Source: Cohnella rhizosphaerae
Lineage (GTDB): Bacteria; Bacillota; Bacilli; Paenibacillales; Paenibacillaceae
DNA length: 24,000 bases
Assembly (NCBI RefSeq): GCF_029525575.1
Contig: NZ_JAPDIA010000003.1
Span: 712,214-736,213, forward strand
Direction: 5' to 3'
The notes beneath the pieces were generated by a model that saw nothing but the letters and a program-made list of their open reading frames with translations, searched no databases and was not told the origin of the DNA. Of this stretch, positions 1-9,393 are shown in pieces. The position numbers were made by a program, and so were the translations under genes. The stretch's first letter is position 1, and every line of letters starts with the position of its first letter.

Positions 1-1338
1 GCCACGTCTGTGCTCGCGGGGTGCGGCGGGAAAAACGAAAATAACGCCGCGTCGTCCGCGGCGGCGGGAACGGCTTCGACGTCCGCGACAGGAACGGCGT
101 CGGCGCCAGCCGAGACGGTCACGATCAAATATTACAACTGGGACAACGAGATCGCGGAGCCGAATACGAAAAAGCTGATCGAAGATTTTCAAAGTAAAAA
201 TCCCGGCATCAAAGTCGAATCGGTCAGCCTGGTGCCCGGCAACTCCGTCGAATCGATGAAGAAGCTGGACGTCATGATGTCTTCCGGCGAGCAGGTGGAC
301 GTCGTCCAGTACTCGAACATCGACGAGACGATGGCGCGCGCCGCGCAAGGCGTGCTCGCCCCGCTTAACGAGCTGTACCAGAAGGACAACGTCAAGCCCG
401 ACGAAGAGTACTACATCAATCCGAAGTACAACGGCAATTATTATGCGACGATGTACACCGCCACCGACTGGCTGATCATGCTGAACGAAGACGCGCTGAA
501 GGCGGCAGGCCTGGAGGCGCCGCCCTACGACTGGACCTGGGACGACTTCCGGACGTATGCGAAAAAGCTGACCAAGGGCGAAGGCAACGACAAGCAATTC
601 GGGTCGTACTTCCACACCTGGGGCGAATACGCGAACCCGATCGCCTACGCCGAGTTGAAAAATCCGTACTTGACCGCGGATATGCAGCCGGCGTTCAATG
701 ATCCGTCCTTCGCCTACTTCTTCAACCTGCGGAAGGCGATGGAGCGAGAAGACAAATCGATCCAAACCTACTCGGACGTCGTGGGCGGCAAATTGAACTA
801 CGGGACCGAATTCGTCAACGGCAAAGCGGCGATGATCATGACCGGTTCGTTCCTGATCGCGGCCCTTGCGGACAAGGCCAAAAACCCGCACACGTTCAAG
901 ACCGTGTTCGCGCCGATGCCGCGTTCGTCCAAGGACGTCGAGCCGGGTCTGACCAGCCTTGGCGCCTCCTACGTGGCGATCGCGAACAACTCGAAGCACA
1001 AGGAGGAAGCGTACAAATTCGTCCGTTACATGTCGACGGAGGACAGCGCCCGCACCGACTTGTCCGGGTGGAAGAAGACAGATACGAAGTCGCTGCTGGA
1101 GCGGCTGTACGGCGGCAACGCGGATCTGATCGACCTGCCTTCGCTGACGGCGGTTCTGGCCGACGAACGGCTGAGAACCAACGCGACGACCGACATTTCC
1201 GCGTCCTACCAGAATCAGCTGAAGAAGGTGCTGGAGAACGGGTACTCGAGCTTTATTCTCGACAACCTCTCCGTCGAAGAGGCGCAGAAGCGCATGATGG
1301 AAGAAGCGGACAAGATCATCAAGCAGAATGCGAAATAG
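1..1338 (+). CDS. ABC transporter extracellular solute-binding lipoprotein (sugar/oligosaccharide type); 5' end cut by window edge
   Basis: Frame 1 is open from nt 1. A lipobox L-A-G-C and a Ser/Ala/Thr-rich linker sit right at the window start, so the signal peptide lies upstream and the GTG at 10 is not the real start. The following ~420 aa have the look of a family-1 solute-binding protein. Stop TAG 1336-1338. Confidence 0.85.
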   Translation, partial: ATSVLAGCGGKNENNAASSAAAGTASTSATGTASAPAETVTIKYYNWDNEIAEPNTKKLIEDFQSKNPGIKVESVSLVPGNSVESMKKLDVMMSSGEQVDVVQYSNIDETMARAAQGVLAPLNELYQKDNVKPDEEYYINPKYNGNYYATMYTATDWLIMLNEDALKAAGLEAPPYDWTWDDFRTYAKKLTKGEGNDKQFGSYFHTWGEYANPIAYAELKNPYLTADMQPAFNDPSFAYFFNLRKAMEREDKSIQTYSDVVGGKLNYGTEFVNGKAAMIMTGSFLIAALADKAKNPHTFKTVFAPMPRSSKDVEPGLTSLGASYVAIANNSKHKEEAYKFVRYMSTEDSARTDLSGWKKTDTKSLLERLYGGNADLIDLPSLTAVLADERLRTNATTDISASYQNQLKKVLENGYSSFILDNLSVEEAQKRMMEEADKIIKQNAK

Positions 1339-1354
1339 AACCGAAAGCATATAG

Positions 1355-1381
1355 GGTTAATCAAACTAAGGTTAATCAAAC
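1355..1381. repeat. 12-bp direct repeat GGTTAATCAAAC x2 (1355-1366 and 1370-1381), 15-bp period
   Basis: Read directly in the SBP/heparinase intergenic region. Possible regulator binding site; function unknown. Confidence 0.6.
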
Positions 1382-1393
1382 CGGATACGAAGA

Positions 1394-1444
1394 AACGGAA
1401 GGTTGGCGGGGCGCTTCGAGAGGTTCTGCCAACCTTCTTCCGTT
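1394..1444 (+). other. Intergenic stem-loop (13 bp with a 3-nt bulge), no U-tail
   Basis: AACGGAAGGTTGGC (1394-1407) pairs with GCCAACCTTCTTCCGTT (1428-1444). It is not followed by a T-run. It could be an mRNA-stabilising or attenuating hairpin downstream of the SBP gene. Confidence 0.4.
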
Positions 1445-1461
1445 CAGGGAGGCTACGCGTC

Positions 1462-3374
1462 ATGAAGCTCACTTCATTCATCTCGTCGGAGGATGTCGCC
1501 GCTCATATTTTGAGTCGTGACATGACGGGACGCCTGGTTCCCGCATGGGAGAACCGCGACGCTTGGGGGCTTATGCCCGAGGAGCCGCGTCAGGCGTGGA
1601 TCCGCGCGGCGGAGCGGCATATCGGCGCGGATCTGCCGACGCTTCGCGCCTCCGCGTTCATGGCCTATTTCACCGAAGGCAGCCGGACGCGGTACGAGAC
1701 CATTGACGCGGCCAGACGAAGCGCGCTGTGCACGCTGCTGATCGCCGAATGTCTGGAGGGCCGGGAGAGATTCGTCCCGGACATCGTCGATCTCGTATGG
1801 CTCCTCTGCGAGCAGACGACCTGGTGCAGCCCGGCGCATCATTATTTGTCCCGCGACCCGGCGCAAGTCCTCTCCAACGTGGAGGAGCCTTTGTTCGACC
1901 TGATGGCGGGCGAGACGGCGGCGACTTTGGCCTGGACCTCGTTCTTGCTCCGCGGGCCGCTCGACCGCGTGTCTCCGCTCATCCGCGCGCGCATTCGTCT
2001 CGAGATCGACCGCAGGATCGTGACGCCCTACCTGGACCGCAGCGACTTCTGGTGGATGGGCTTCGGGGAGCGGGAGCCGAACAACTGGAACCCCTGGTGC
2101 AACGGCAACCTGCTCGCCGTGGCGCTGCTGCAGGAGATGGCCCCGGATCGTAGGGCCGCAGTCCTCTCCAAGCTGCTGCGCAGCCTGGACCGATACCTGG
2201 ATGTTCAGCACGAGGATGGCGGCTGCGACGAGGGCACGACCTATTGGGGACGGGCGGCCGGCATGCTGCTGGTTAATCTGGAGCTGCTGTACCGGGCGTC
2301 GGGCGGCGCGCTTCAGGTATACGATCAGCCGCTCATCCGGAAGCTGGGACAGTTCGTCTATCGCATGTATGTCGGCGGGCCTTATTTCGTGAATTTCGCC
2401 GACGGCGCCGCGATGCCTGCGCCCGATTACGGCCTGATTTATTTATACGGCCAGAGAATCAAGGACGATCGGCTGCGGGCTTTGGGGCAGTTGGGGATGG
2501 TTTCGTACCGGGTGCCATCCGAGGGTATCGTCTCTGTATTTCAGGAACTGATCGGCCTCGCCGCTCATGCGGACAGCCGAAGGGAGGAAGCGCCGAGCCC
2601 GCCGCTGGTTCAAGACGGCTGGCTGCCCGATCTGCAGGCGATGACGGCCAGGGAGCGGGAGGGATCGACGCGCGGCTTGTATCTGGCGGCCAAGGGCGGG
2701 CACAACGACGAAAGCCACAATCATAACGACATCGGCCACTACGTCGTGTATGCGGACGGCAGGCCTTATCTGATCGACATCGGCGTGGAGACGTATACCG
2801 CGAAGACGTTCAGCCCAGAGCGCTACGAGATCTGGACGATGCAGTCGGCCTATCACAGCTTGCCGGTCGTCAACGGCTTCGGGCAAAAGGAAGGGCGCGA
2901 CTACCGGGCGGGCGAGGCGGCGTATGAACGAAGCGAAACGACGGTGCGATTCGGACTCGATCTGGCGGGCGCTTACCCCGCGGAAGCCGGAGTGAAGGCT
3001 TGGCGCCGAAGCTGGCTGTTCGAGCGGGCGGAGGGAAGGGCTGCGGCGATCACGCTGCGGGAGCAATGCGAGCTGGCGGAACCGAGCCGAGCCGTCAGGC
3101 TCCATATGATTAGCTGCCGTCGTCCTGAAGATCGCGCGCGAGGGGCGAATGCTTCTGCCTGACGGGGGAGGGCGGAGCGCTCGCGATCGAATACGAGCCG
3201 GGACGGTGGGACGTCGCGTTCGAACGCATCGAAGTCGCCGACGCGCAGTTAAGGCGAGTATGGGGCGAGGCGTTGTACCGCATCGCCTTTATCGCAGCCG
3301 GCGAGGTCGAACGCGGAGATTGGACGTTCCGAATGACCGCGGCCGATAGCGAAGGCGAAGGCGGTGCCGCATGA
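1462..3374 (+). CDS. Heparinase II/III-like family protein (polysaccharide lyase-like); reading frame interrupted near the C-terminus in this assembly
   Basis: RBS GGGAGG 1447-1452, ATG 1462. The 566-aa ORF carries the HNHNDIGH signature typical of heparinase II/III-like proteins. The expected conserved tail (LAIEYEPGRWDVAFERIEVADAQLRRVWGEALYRIAF) continues in another frame to TGA 3372-3374. The frame break(s) lie between 3110 and 3168, one of them on G5 run 3164-3168. Confidence 0.8.
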
Positions 3375-4512
3375 AGAGATCGTACGGCCTGAAGAGATCG
3401 TACGGCCTGAAGAGATCGTACGGCCTCGCGGCGGTTTTGTCAGGAGGGCTCGCGCTCGTGACCCTGATCTTTTTCGCAGGCCGTCTCCCTGCGCTGTCAG
3501 GGAGCGGGGCCGCCGCGCCGCACGCCGCCGCGATGGGCTACATCGACGGTATCCCGGTGGATCAGAGGGAGTTCAGTCTGGTGCTGGATCAGGTCAAGGC
3601 GCAGGTCGCGAGCTACTTTAAGACGACGTACGACGCGGATGCGGCGCCGTCTTTTTGGGATACCTCCTATCAAGGCGAGGTCCCGATCGAAAAGGCGAAG
3701 CAGACGGCGCTGGCGCAGATCAAGCGCGTCAAGGTCGTGCAGCGACTGGCCAGTCAAAACGGGCTGTTGGACGACCTTTCCTATGCCGCTTTTCTCGAAA
3801 AATGGGCGAAGGAGAACCGCAGAAGAGCGGAGGCGGTCAAGCGCAACGAGGTCATCTACGGCCCGCGGCAGTACGACGAGCGGGGCTACTATACGTATCT
3901 CCATACGAATCTGGAGCTGAAGCTCAAACAGCTGCTCTACGAGCGGGAAGACCTCTTGCCCGAACAAGCGGCGAGGGACGCCTACGAGCGGTGGAAAGAT
4001 GCGTCCTACGCCGAAGTCGGCGAGATCAAGACGTACAAGGTCGACATTCCGATCCGGGACGCGTCAGGGGGAGACCGGCGATCCGGACAAGCAGGCGGTT
4101 AAAGCCAAGATCGAGCAGGTCAAGCGGCGCCTGGAGCTGGGGGGAAGACCCTGCGGCTATCGGACGGTCGCTGGCGATGGACGCCGAATCCGGCTGGAAG
4201 GCAAGCGCGTTTGTCGTAAACGAAGATACCCTGCGCAGCAGAGACCTGCATACGCCGGACCAACTGGCGATCGAAGAAGCGATGAAGCTGCCGGAGAACG
4301 GCGTCAGCGAAGTTTTTGCGGACGGGGACCGCTTGGTCGTGCTCAAATGCGTGGCGCGAAAAGGAGGTGGTTACCGGCCGTTCAACGACGTCAAGGAAGA
4401 CGTGAGACGCCGCCTGTTCGAAGAAAAGTTCGACACGGAGGTGGAGCGTTTGGCTGCGGAAGCGAAAGTTACGCTGGAGGAAAACGTGTACCGCGCCATT
4501 CGGCTTCAATAA
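3371..4512 (+). CDS. Membrane-anchored SurA/PrsA-like (degenerate parvulin-type) protein; two frame breaks in this assembly
   Basis: ATG 3371 overlaps the upstream stop (ATGA). The N-terminus has a basic repeat followed by a TM helix (LAAVLSGGLALVTLIFFAG). The reading continues across G5 run 4067-4071 and G6 run 4139-4144 into the 3655..4512 frame. The C-terminal part (GVSEVFADGDRLVVLKCV...PFNDVKEDVRRRL) resembles a rotamase-like domain. The functional call is tentative. Confidence 0.5.
3373..3426 (+). repeat. Perfect tandem repeat, 18 bp x3 (GAAGAGATCGTACGGCCT)
   Basis: Three identical head-to-tail copies at 3373-3390, 3391-3408 and 3409-3426. They encode (KRSYGL)x3 at the extreme N-terminus of the next gene. 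Confidence 0.95.
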
Positions 4513-4579
4513 AGCAGCTGCGCATGCGTGCGCCAATTTATGAAAACGCTTAATCAGAGCGCGAGGAGGACAATAAGAG

Positions 4580-7178
4580 ATGAGAGTTTTGAAAAACAAG
4601 CGTTCGTGGCTGTCCCTCTTTTTTAAGTTTTATGCTGATGTCGAGCGGTATGCTGTCGATCCCTTCGCTGGCGACGAAGACCTACGCCAACAACGCGACT
4701 TATTATGTCGATTCGGTCGGCGGCAGCGACGGCAACAGCGGGCTGAGCGAAAGCTCGGCCTGGCAATCGCTGGCCAAGGTGAACGGCACGACGTTCCAGC
4801 CGGGCGACAAGATCTTGTTCAAAGCCGGCTCCGTCTGGTCCGGACAGCTGCACCCGCTCGGCTCCGGCACTTCCGGCGCGCCGATCGTCATCGACAAGTA
4901 TGGCAGCGGCGGCAGGCCCATCATTAACGGCAACGGCCTGATCGGCGCCACGGTTTATTTCTACAACCAGCAGTATTGGGAAGTCAACAATCTGGAAATT
5001 ACGAATTCGGCGACGGCGGAGGGCGAACGGTACGGGATCAAGGTAGAGGCGCAAGACGTCGGGACGTACAACCACTTTTACATCCAGAACAATTATGTCC
5101 ATGACGTGAAAGGGACGAACAGCGACGCGCTCAAAGCGACCGGGGGAATCCTCGTGCTCGTCACGGGGACGGCGGTGCGCTCGAAGTGGAACGACGTGCG
5201 AATCGACGGCAACACCGTCGAGCGCGTCGACCGTACCGGGATCAACAGCGCGAGCTCGTGGGGCAACAATGACAATACCGGCAGCTTCGAGCCTTTTACG
5301 AACCTGGTGATCAGCAACAATACGCTGAACGATATCGGCGGGGACGGCATCGTGATGCGCGCTTCGATCAACGGTCTTATCCAATACAACGTGGTGAACG
5401 CCGCGCACAACCGGGACACGCACTACGACGTGGCGATCTGGGCGATTAACAGCACGAATCCGGTCATGCAATACAACGAAGCTTATAATACGAAAACGAC
5501 GAACGACGGCCAGGGCTTCGACTGCGACTACAACCTGAGCGGCTGCACCGTGCAATACAACTACAGCCACGACAACGAAGGCGGCTTCCTGCTGATCATG
5601 GGCGTCGGCGCGATCCGCAACGTCGACATGGTCGTCAGGTACAACATCAGCCAGAACGACCGGGCGCGCACGTTCCAGTTCAGCGACAGCTACACGCCCC
5701 TGAACGCCAGTATTTACAACAACACGATCTATGTCGGATCCGGCTTGACGACGAGCATCGTATACGGACTCGGGGGCAGCAATCCGCTGTCGTTCAAAAA
5801 CAACATTGTGTACAACCTTGGCAGCGGCGGTTATACGGTCAAAGGGAACGACGTGTACGACTACAATGTGTTCTACGGCAATCATCCGGCCAGCGAACCG
5901 AGCGATCCCCACAAGCTCACGAGCGATCCGATGTTCGTCACGGCGGGAAGCGGAGGGACGGGGCGGAATACGGTTGACGGGTACAAGCTTGTCGCGGGAT
6001 CGCCGGCTCTCGGATCGGGCGTCCTGATCGGCGGCAACGGAGGGAAGGACTACTGGGGCAATGCCGTGTCTTCCGCCGGCGCGCCGAACCGGGGCGCATA
6101 CAATGGGGCGGGCATCCCTGCGGGCGGCGCCAACCTGACTTTGCTGAGCGACAACTTCGAAACGGGCGCCGCGACGGGATGGAGCGCTTCGGGCGGAACG
6201 TGGAACGTCGTCACGGACGGATCGAAGGTTTACAACCAATCGAGCACCGCCGCTGCCGGCGTGACGGCCTACAGCGGACAGAGTGCCTGGCAGAATTATG
6301 CGGTATCCGCCAAAGTGAAGGCCGACGCCTTCGACAGCACCAACTATGCGGGAGTTGGCCTCGTCGCCAGGCGCGTCGACGATAACAACTATTACGTGTT
6401 CATGTACTATAAATTGAACAATACGTTAAAAATCGCCAAGGTGTCCGGCGGCACGGCCACCGATCTGGTGACGATGCCGTTCAGTCTGAGCACGGGAACG
6501 TGGTACGACTTCAAGGCGGTCGTGAATGGCAGCGCGCTCGAACTTTGGGTGAACGGGGTCAAGCAGCTGTCGGCGACCGATACGAGCATCGGCGCCGGTC
6601 AGGCCGGCCTGTACGCGCACCGGGCCAATGCGAAGTTCGACGACGTCAAGGCGGCGCCGATCTTCGGCGAAGACTTCGAATCGGGATATGCGGCAGGCTG
6701 GGCGCTAAGCGGCGGCACCTGGAGCGTGGCGACGGACGGAACCAAGGTTTACAACCAATCCAGCACGTCGGCCGCGAGCGCGATCGCCTATGCCGGGCAG
6801 AACACGCTGCAAAATTACGCGGTGTCGGCCAAAGTCAAAGCGGATGCGTTCGACAGCGGTAGTTATGCGGGCGTCGGGCTCGTGGCGAGAAGGGTAGACA
6901 GCAACAACTACTATGTGTTCATGTACTACAAATTAACGAACACGCTCAAGATCACCAAAGTAGCCGGGGGCGTCGCGACGGACTTGATCTCGACCGCGTA
7001 TTCGCTTAACACGGGAACGTGGTACGACCTCAAGGCGGTCGTGAACGGCAGCACGCTGGAGCTCTGGGTGAACGGAACCAAACAGCTGACGACGACCGAT
7101 ACCGCGATCGCATCAGGTCAATTTGGCTTGTACGCGCACCGCGCCAACGCGAAGTTCGATCAAGTGATGCAGTATTGA
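4580..7178 (+). CDS. Secreted right-handed parallel beta-helix protein with two C-terminal DUF1080/LamG-like (concanavalin-type) modules; putative polysaccharide lyase/hydrolase
   Basis: RBS GAGGAGGA 4563-4570, ATG 4580. Reading T6 run 4619-4624 as T5 restores a signal peptide MRVLKNKRSWLSLFLSFMLMSSGMLSIPSLATKTYA joined to the 848-aa ORF. The sequence contains repeated NN.I/V.N beta-helix rungs, followed by two ~173-aa modules. Confidence 0.8.
6150..7175 (+). repeat. Intragenic tandem duplication, 2 x ~519 bp (6150-6668 and 6669-7175)
   Basis: The two encoded modules align colinearly (DNFETGAATGWSASGGTWNV... versus EDFESGYAAGWALSGGTWSV...). Identity is high at both protein and DNA level, with an offset of 519 bp. 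Confidence 0.9.
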
Positions 7179-7205
7179 ATGTCTCCAGGCAGGTAGCGCC
7201 ATCGA

Positions 7206-7234
7206 CTCCATCCCTTGAGGATGGAGTTTTTTTT
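7206..7234 (+). terminator. Rho-independent terminator
   Basis: CTCCATCC (7206-7213), loop CTTGA, GGATGGAG (7219-7226), then T8 (7227-7234), 28 nt after the stop codon. Confidence 0.9.
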
Positions 7235-7322
7235 GCGTTTGAGCGGGAAGCAGAGAGCGGCGGATACGCCGTCACGCGCATGACGGTAATCATAGGGTCG
7301 GAATGATAGTTACCCCCCCATG

Positions 7323-7507
7323 TTATCAACGTTATCCACAGACTATCAACAATATGTGCACAGCTTTATGCACATGCGCACACGTGCCATTTTAGCGATC
7401 CGTTCTTGTAGGAGTGGTTTTCCTTCGATCGACCGCGCAACAGACCCGCAGTGATTTATCCCCATGTTGTGCACAGGTTGTGCACGAAGTTATGCACATG
7501 TGGACAC
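7323..7507. promoter_or_regulatory. Cluster of ~11 DnaA-box-like 9-mers in two phased arrays
   Basis: Array 1: TTATCAACG 7323, TTATCCACA 7332 (perfect consensus), CTATCAACA 7343, aTGTGCACA 7354, TTATGCACA 7366, ATGCGCACA 7374. Array 2: TTATCCCCA 7456, TTGTGCACA 7467, TTGTGCACG 7478, TTATGCACA 7490, TGTGGACAC 7499 (opposite orientation). Spacing is mostly 9-12 bp. Confidence 0.55.
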
Positions 7508-7534
7508 GGCTCGCCAGTTTTTTCGGCCTCCCCA

Positions 7535-7571
7535 TTCCTCGCCTTCCGGTCTGGTGATACAATGAATTGAA
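7535..7571 (+). promoter_or_regulatory. Candidate sigma-A promoter (extended -10 TGaTACAAT 7555-7563) overlapped by an OhrR-operator-like imperfect palindrome TACAATGAATTGAA (7558-7571)
   Basis: The -10 element is read directly. The -35 is weak (TTCCTC 7535-7540). The palindrome resembles the TACAATT-AATTGTA operator type known upstream of Bacillus ohrA. It lies upstream of the small membrane protein gene and ohr. Confidence 0.4.
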
Positions 7572-7645
7572 GTCGTGTCCTGGCAAGGCCGGCAATAAAG
7601 AAGCTTCGGCAGATGACGTAGAATTTGAGGAAGGGCGAGGTCAAG

Positions 7646-7825
7646 ATGGCTGCGAATTGGTGGTTGGCTCTCATTATTATGGTGGTGTTCAACGGCATTC
7701 TGGTTTGGACCTTGATAACGGGGACAGAATCCGTGAGCCGCACAGCGAAAAAATGGCTTTTTATCGTGGTAAACGCTGTCGGGCTCATTCTCGCTGTTTC
7801 TCAATTTTTCTGGATGGATTTTTAG
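7646..7825 (+). CDS. Small two-TM membrane protein (59 aa), hypothetical
   Basis: GAGG at 7637-7640 sits 5 nt before ATG 7646. There are two hydrophobic helices (WWLALIIMVVFNGILVWTLI and WLFIVVNAVGLILAVSQFFW). The TTG at 7625 is less likely as a start. Confidence 0.55.
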   Translation: MAANWWLALIIMVVFNGILVWTLITGTESVSRTAKKWLFIVVNAVGLILAVSQFFWMDF

Positions 7826-7938
7826 CAAGGCCCGATCGGATAAAAAATTCCCTTCCGCGTAACCTAGTGGGATGTCGAGGCAAGTCTGCCATGCAGCGCG
7901 CCGACGCATCGATATCGGACTATGCGGAGGGATAACGG

Positions 7939-8355
7939 GTGGAAAACCTATATACGGCAACCGTGACGGTCACGGGCGGACGCGAAGGCAAGCTGTCTTC
8001 GAGCGACGGCGTGCTTCAACTGGAGCTTCGCATGCCCAAGGAGCTGGGCGGCATGGGCGGGGCCGCGACGAACCCGGAGCAGCTGTTCGCCGCGGGCTAC
8101 GCGGCATGCTTCGAGAGCGCGCTGAATCTGGTATGCCGCAGGCGAGAAGTCAAGTACGAAGGCACCGAAGTGACGGGCAGCGTCACGATCGGCAAGGACA
8201 CGGACGGCGGCTTCGCCCTGGCAGTGGCGCTCGACGTGAAGCTGACGGGCGTCGAACGGTCGCTTGCCGAACAGCTGACCGCCGAGGCGCACCAGGTATG
8301 CCCTTATTCCAAGGCGACGCGGGGCAATATCGAAGTGAAGATTAACGTCGTTTAA
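7939..8355 (+). CDS. ohr: Organic hydroperoxide resistance protein, Ohr/OsmC family
   Basis: RBS GGAGGG 7926-7931, GTG 7939. Contains the Ohr hallmark motifs NPEQLFAAGYAACF and VCPYSKATRGNI with both catalytic Cys. 138 aa. Confidence 0.92.
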   Translation: MENLYTATVTVTGGREGKLSSSDGVLQLELRMPKELGGMGGAATNPEQLFAAGYAACFESALNLVCRRREVKYEGTEVTGSVTIGKDTDGGFALAVALDVKLTGVERSLAEQLTAEAHQVCPYSKATRGNIEVKINVV

Positions 8356-8377
8356 GACGCGGCGCCTGGCAAACGCA

Positions 8378-8430
8378 AATAAGACACCGCGGCCTTTTGC
8401 GAGAAGGCGAACGGTGTCTTATTCTTTTTA
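8378..8430. terminator. Bidirectional rho-independent terminator between convergent genes
   Basis: AATAAGACACCG (8378-8389) pairs with CGGTGTCTTATT (8412-8423). There is an inner GCCTT/AAGGC stem. The T-rich tail CTTTTTA follows on the + side, and an A/T-rich flank lies on the other side. Confidence 0.85.
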
Positions 8431-8437
8431 AATAAGG

Positions 8438-8605
8438 TTATTGTCGGTCCGTATTCCGAGTGCCGCTAGCGGATTGGCCTTGTTCGAAGGCTTCTGCCGC
8501 TTCCTCCGCGGAAAACTCGGTATCGTCCTGACCGGGCACGGGCAGCTTGTTCAGCTCGGTCGTCTGGACCTCCGCCTTGGTCGGTTCGTTTTGGTTATTT
8601 GTCAT
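8438..8605 (-). CDS. Small acidic hypothetical protein (55 aa)
   Basis: Minus-strand RBS AAGGAGG lies 6 nt before the ATG (complement of 8603-8605). MTNNQNEPTKAEVQTTELNKLPVPGQDDTEFSAEEAAEAFEQG... The upstream 15 codons in the ORF track lack an RBS. Confidence 0.55.
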   Translation of the reverse strand: MTNNQNEPTKAEVQTTELNKLPVPGQDDTEFSAEEAAEAFEQGQSASGTRNTDRQ

Positions 8606-8694
8606 GGGGCACCTCCTTGGACGATTTTGACAACCATTCCAGCATGCCACGTTTAGGTCCGGAATATGTGCGCCAGATGAGGGGGGCGGGATTT

Positions 8695-9324
8695 ATGCAA
8701 GGAAATCAAACGATCACGCTTGGCATGGGCTGCTTCTGGTCTCCCGAAGCGTTGTTCGGCTCGTTGCCGGGCGTCGAGGAAACGCGCGTGGGATATGCGG
8801 GCGGCACGACCGGGCAGCCGACTTACCGCGAGATGGGGGACCACTCCGAGACGGTCGAGATCGTCTACGACGCCGAACTGATCTTGATCGATCGCCTGCT
8901 GGAGACGTTCTGGGATCATCATAATCCCGTTAATATTAACGGATATAAAGGAAGGCAGTATCAGTCTCTGCTGCTGTACCGCGACGAGCGTCAAGCGGAG
9001 GCGTTTAACCGGATGAAGAAGCGGATGGAAGCGGCCAAGGGGCATCCGTTGGAGACGGAGATCTTACCTTTTAAGGCGTTTTATGCGGCCGAGCCGCGTC
9101 ACCAGAAGTATTATCTGAAAAGATATCCGGACGCCGCGGGCAAGCTGCGCGGGCTGTACGAATCGGAAGAAGCGTTCCTGCGCTCGACGCTGGCCGCGCG
9201 GCTTAACGGTGTGGCCAAAGGCTATGCGAACCTGGCGCCTGTCCTTCGGGAGATTCAAGCGTGGCCGATCCGTCCGGACGAGCGGGACGCCTTGATCGAG
9301 CGGGTCCGGCAGATTCGGTGGTAG
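8695..9324 (+). CDS. msrA: Peptide-methionine (S)-S-oxide reductase MsrA
   Basis: Contains the GMGCFWSPE active-site motif, plus GYAGG..G.PTY and HSE.V.I.YD blocks. ATG 8695 is preferred (G-rich RBS 8679-8690); ATG 8677 is possible. Confidence 0.88.
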   Translation: MQGNQTITLGMGCFWSPEALFGSLPGVEETRVGYAGGTTGQPTYREMGDHSETVEIVYDAELILIDRLLETFWDHHNPVNINGYKGRQYQSLLLYRDERQAEAFNRMKKRMEAAKGHPLETEILPFKAFYAAEPRHQKYYLKRYPDAAGKLRGLYESEEAFLRSTLAARLNGVAKGYANLAPVLREIQAWPIRPDERDALIERVRQIRW

Positions 9325-9393
9325 TTGGTAAAGCATGGCGAATTATCGTATCATGAGGAACCGACACTCGCGGATATACGAAGGGGATTAACA

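Noticed and set aside
10-12. GTG at nt 10 as the true start of the solute-binding protein.
   Set aside because: It would place the lipobox Cys at residue 5 with no signal peptide. The frame is open to nt 1, so the gene starts upstream of the window.
3373-3426. Tandem 18-bp repeat considered as a possible CRISPR-like array.
   Set aside because: The copies are contiguous with no spacers, there are only three, they lie inside a coding region, and no cas genes are present in the window. No CRISPR array was seen anywhere.
4623-6239. 538-aa minus-strand ORF antisense to the beta-helix gene. Similar long antisense or off-frame ORFs: 1474..2211(-), 2443..3105(-), 9424..10341(-), 14049..15035(+), 17006..17803(-), 19224..19928(-), 20390..21328(-), 21514..22779(-), 22859..23692(-).
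   Set aside because: These are typical high-GC shadow ORFs. Their products are Arg/Ala/Pro/Val-rich and low-complexity, with no RBS and no recognisable motifs. Each lies opposite or out of frame to a strand/frame with clear family signatures.
7300-7560. Possibility that the DnaA-box array is a replication origin (oriC).
   Set aside because: There is no AT-rich unwinding element next to the boxes (the 75-bp spacer and the flanks are GC-normal), and no dnaA/dnaN or other origin-linked genes nearby. I keep it only as a DnaA-box cluster or regulatory candidate.
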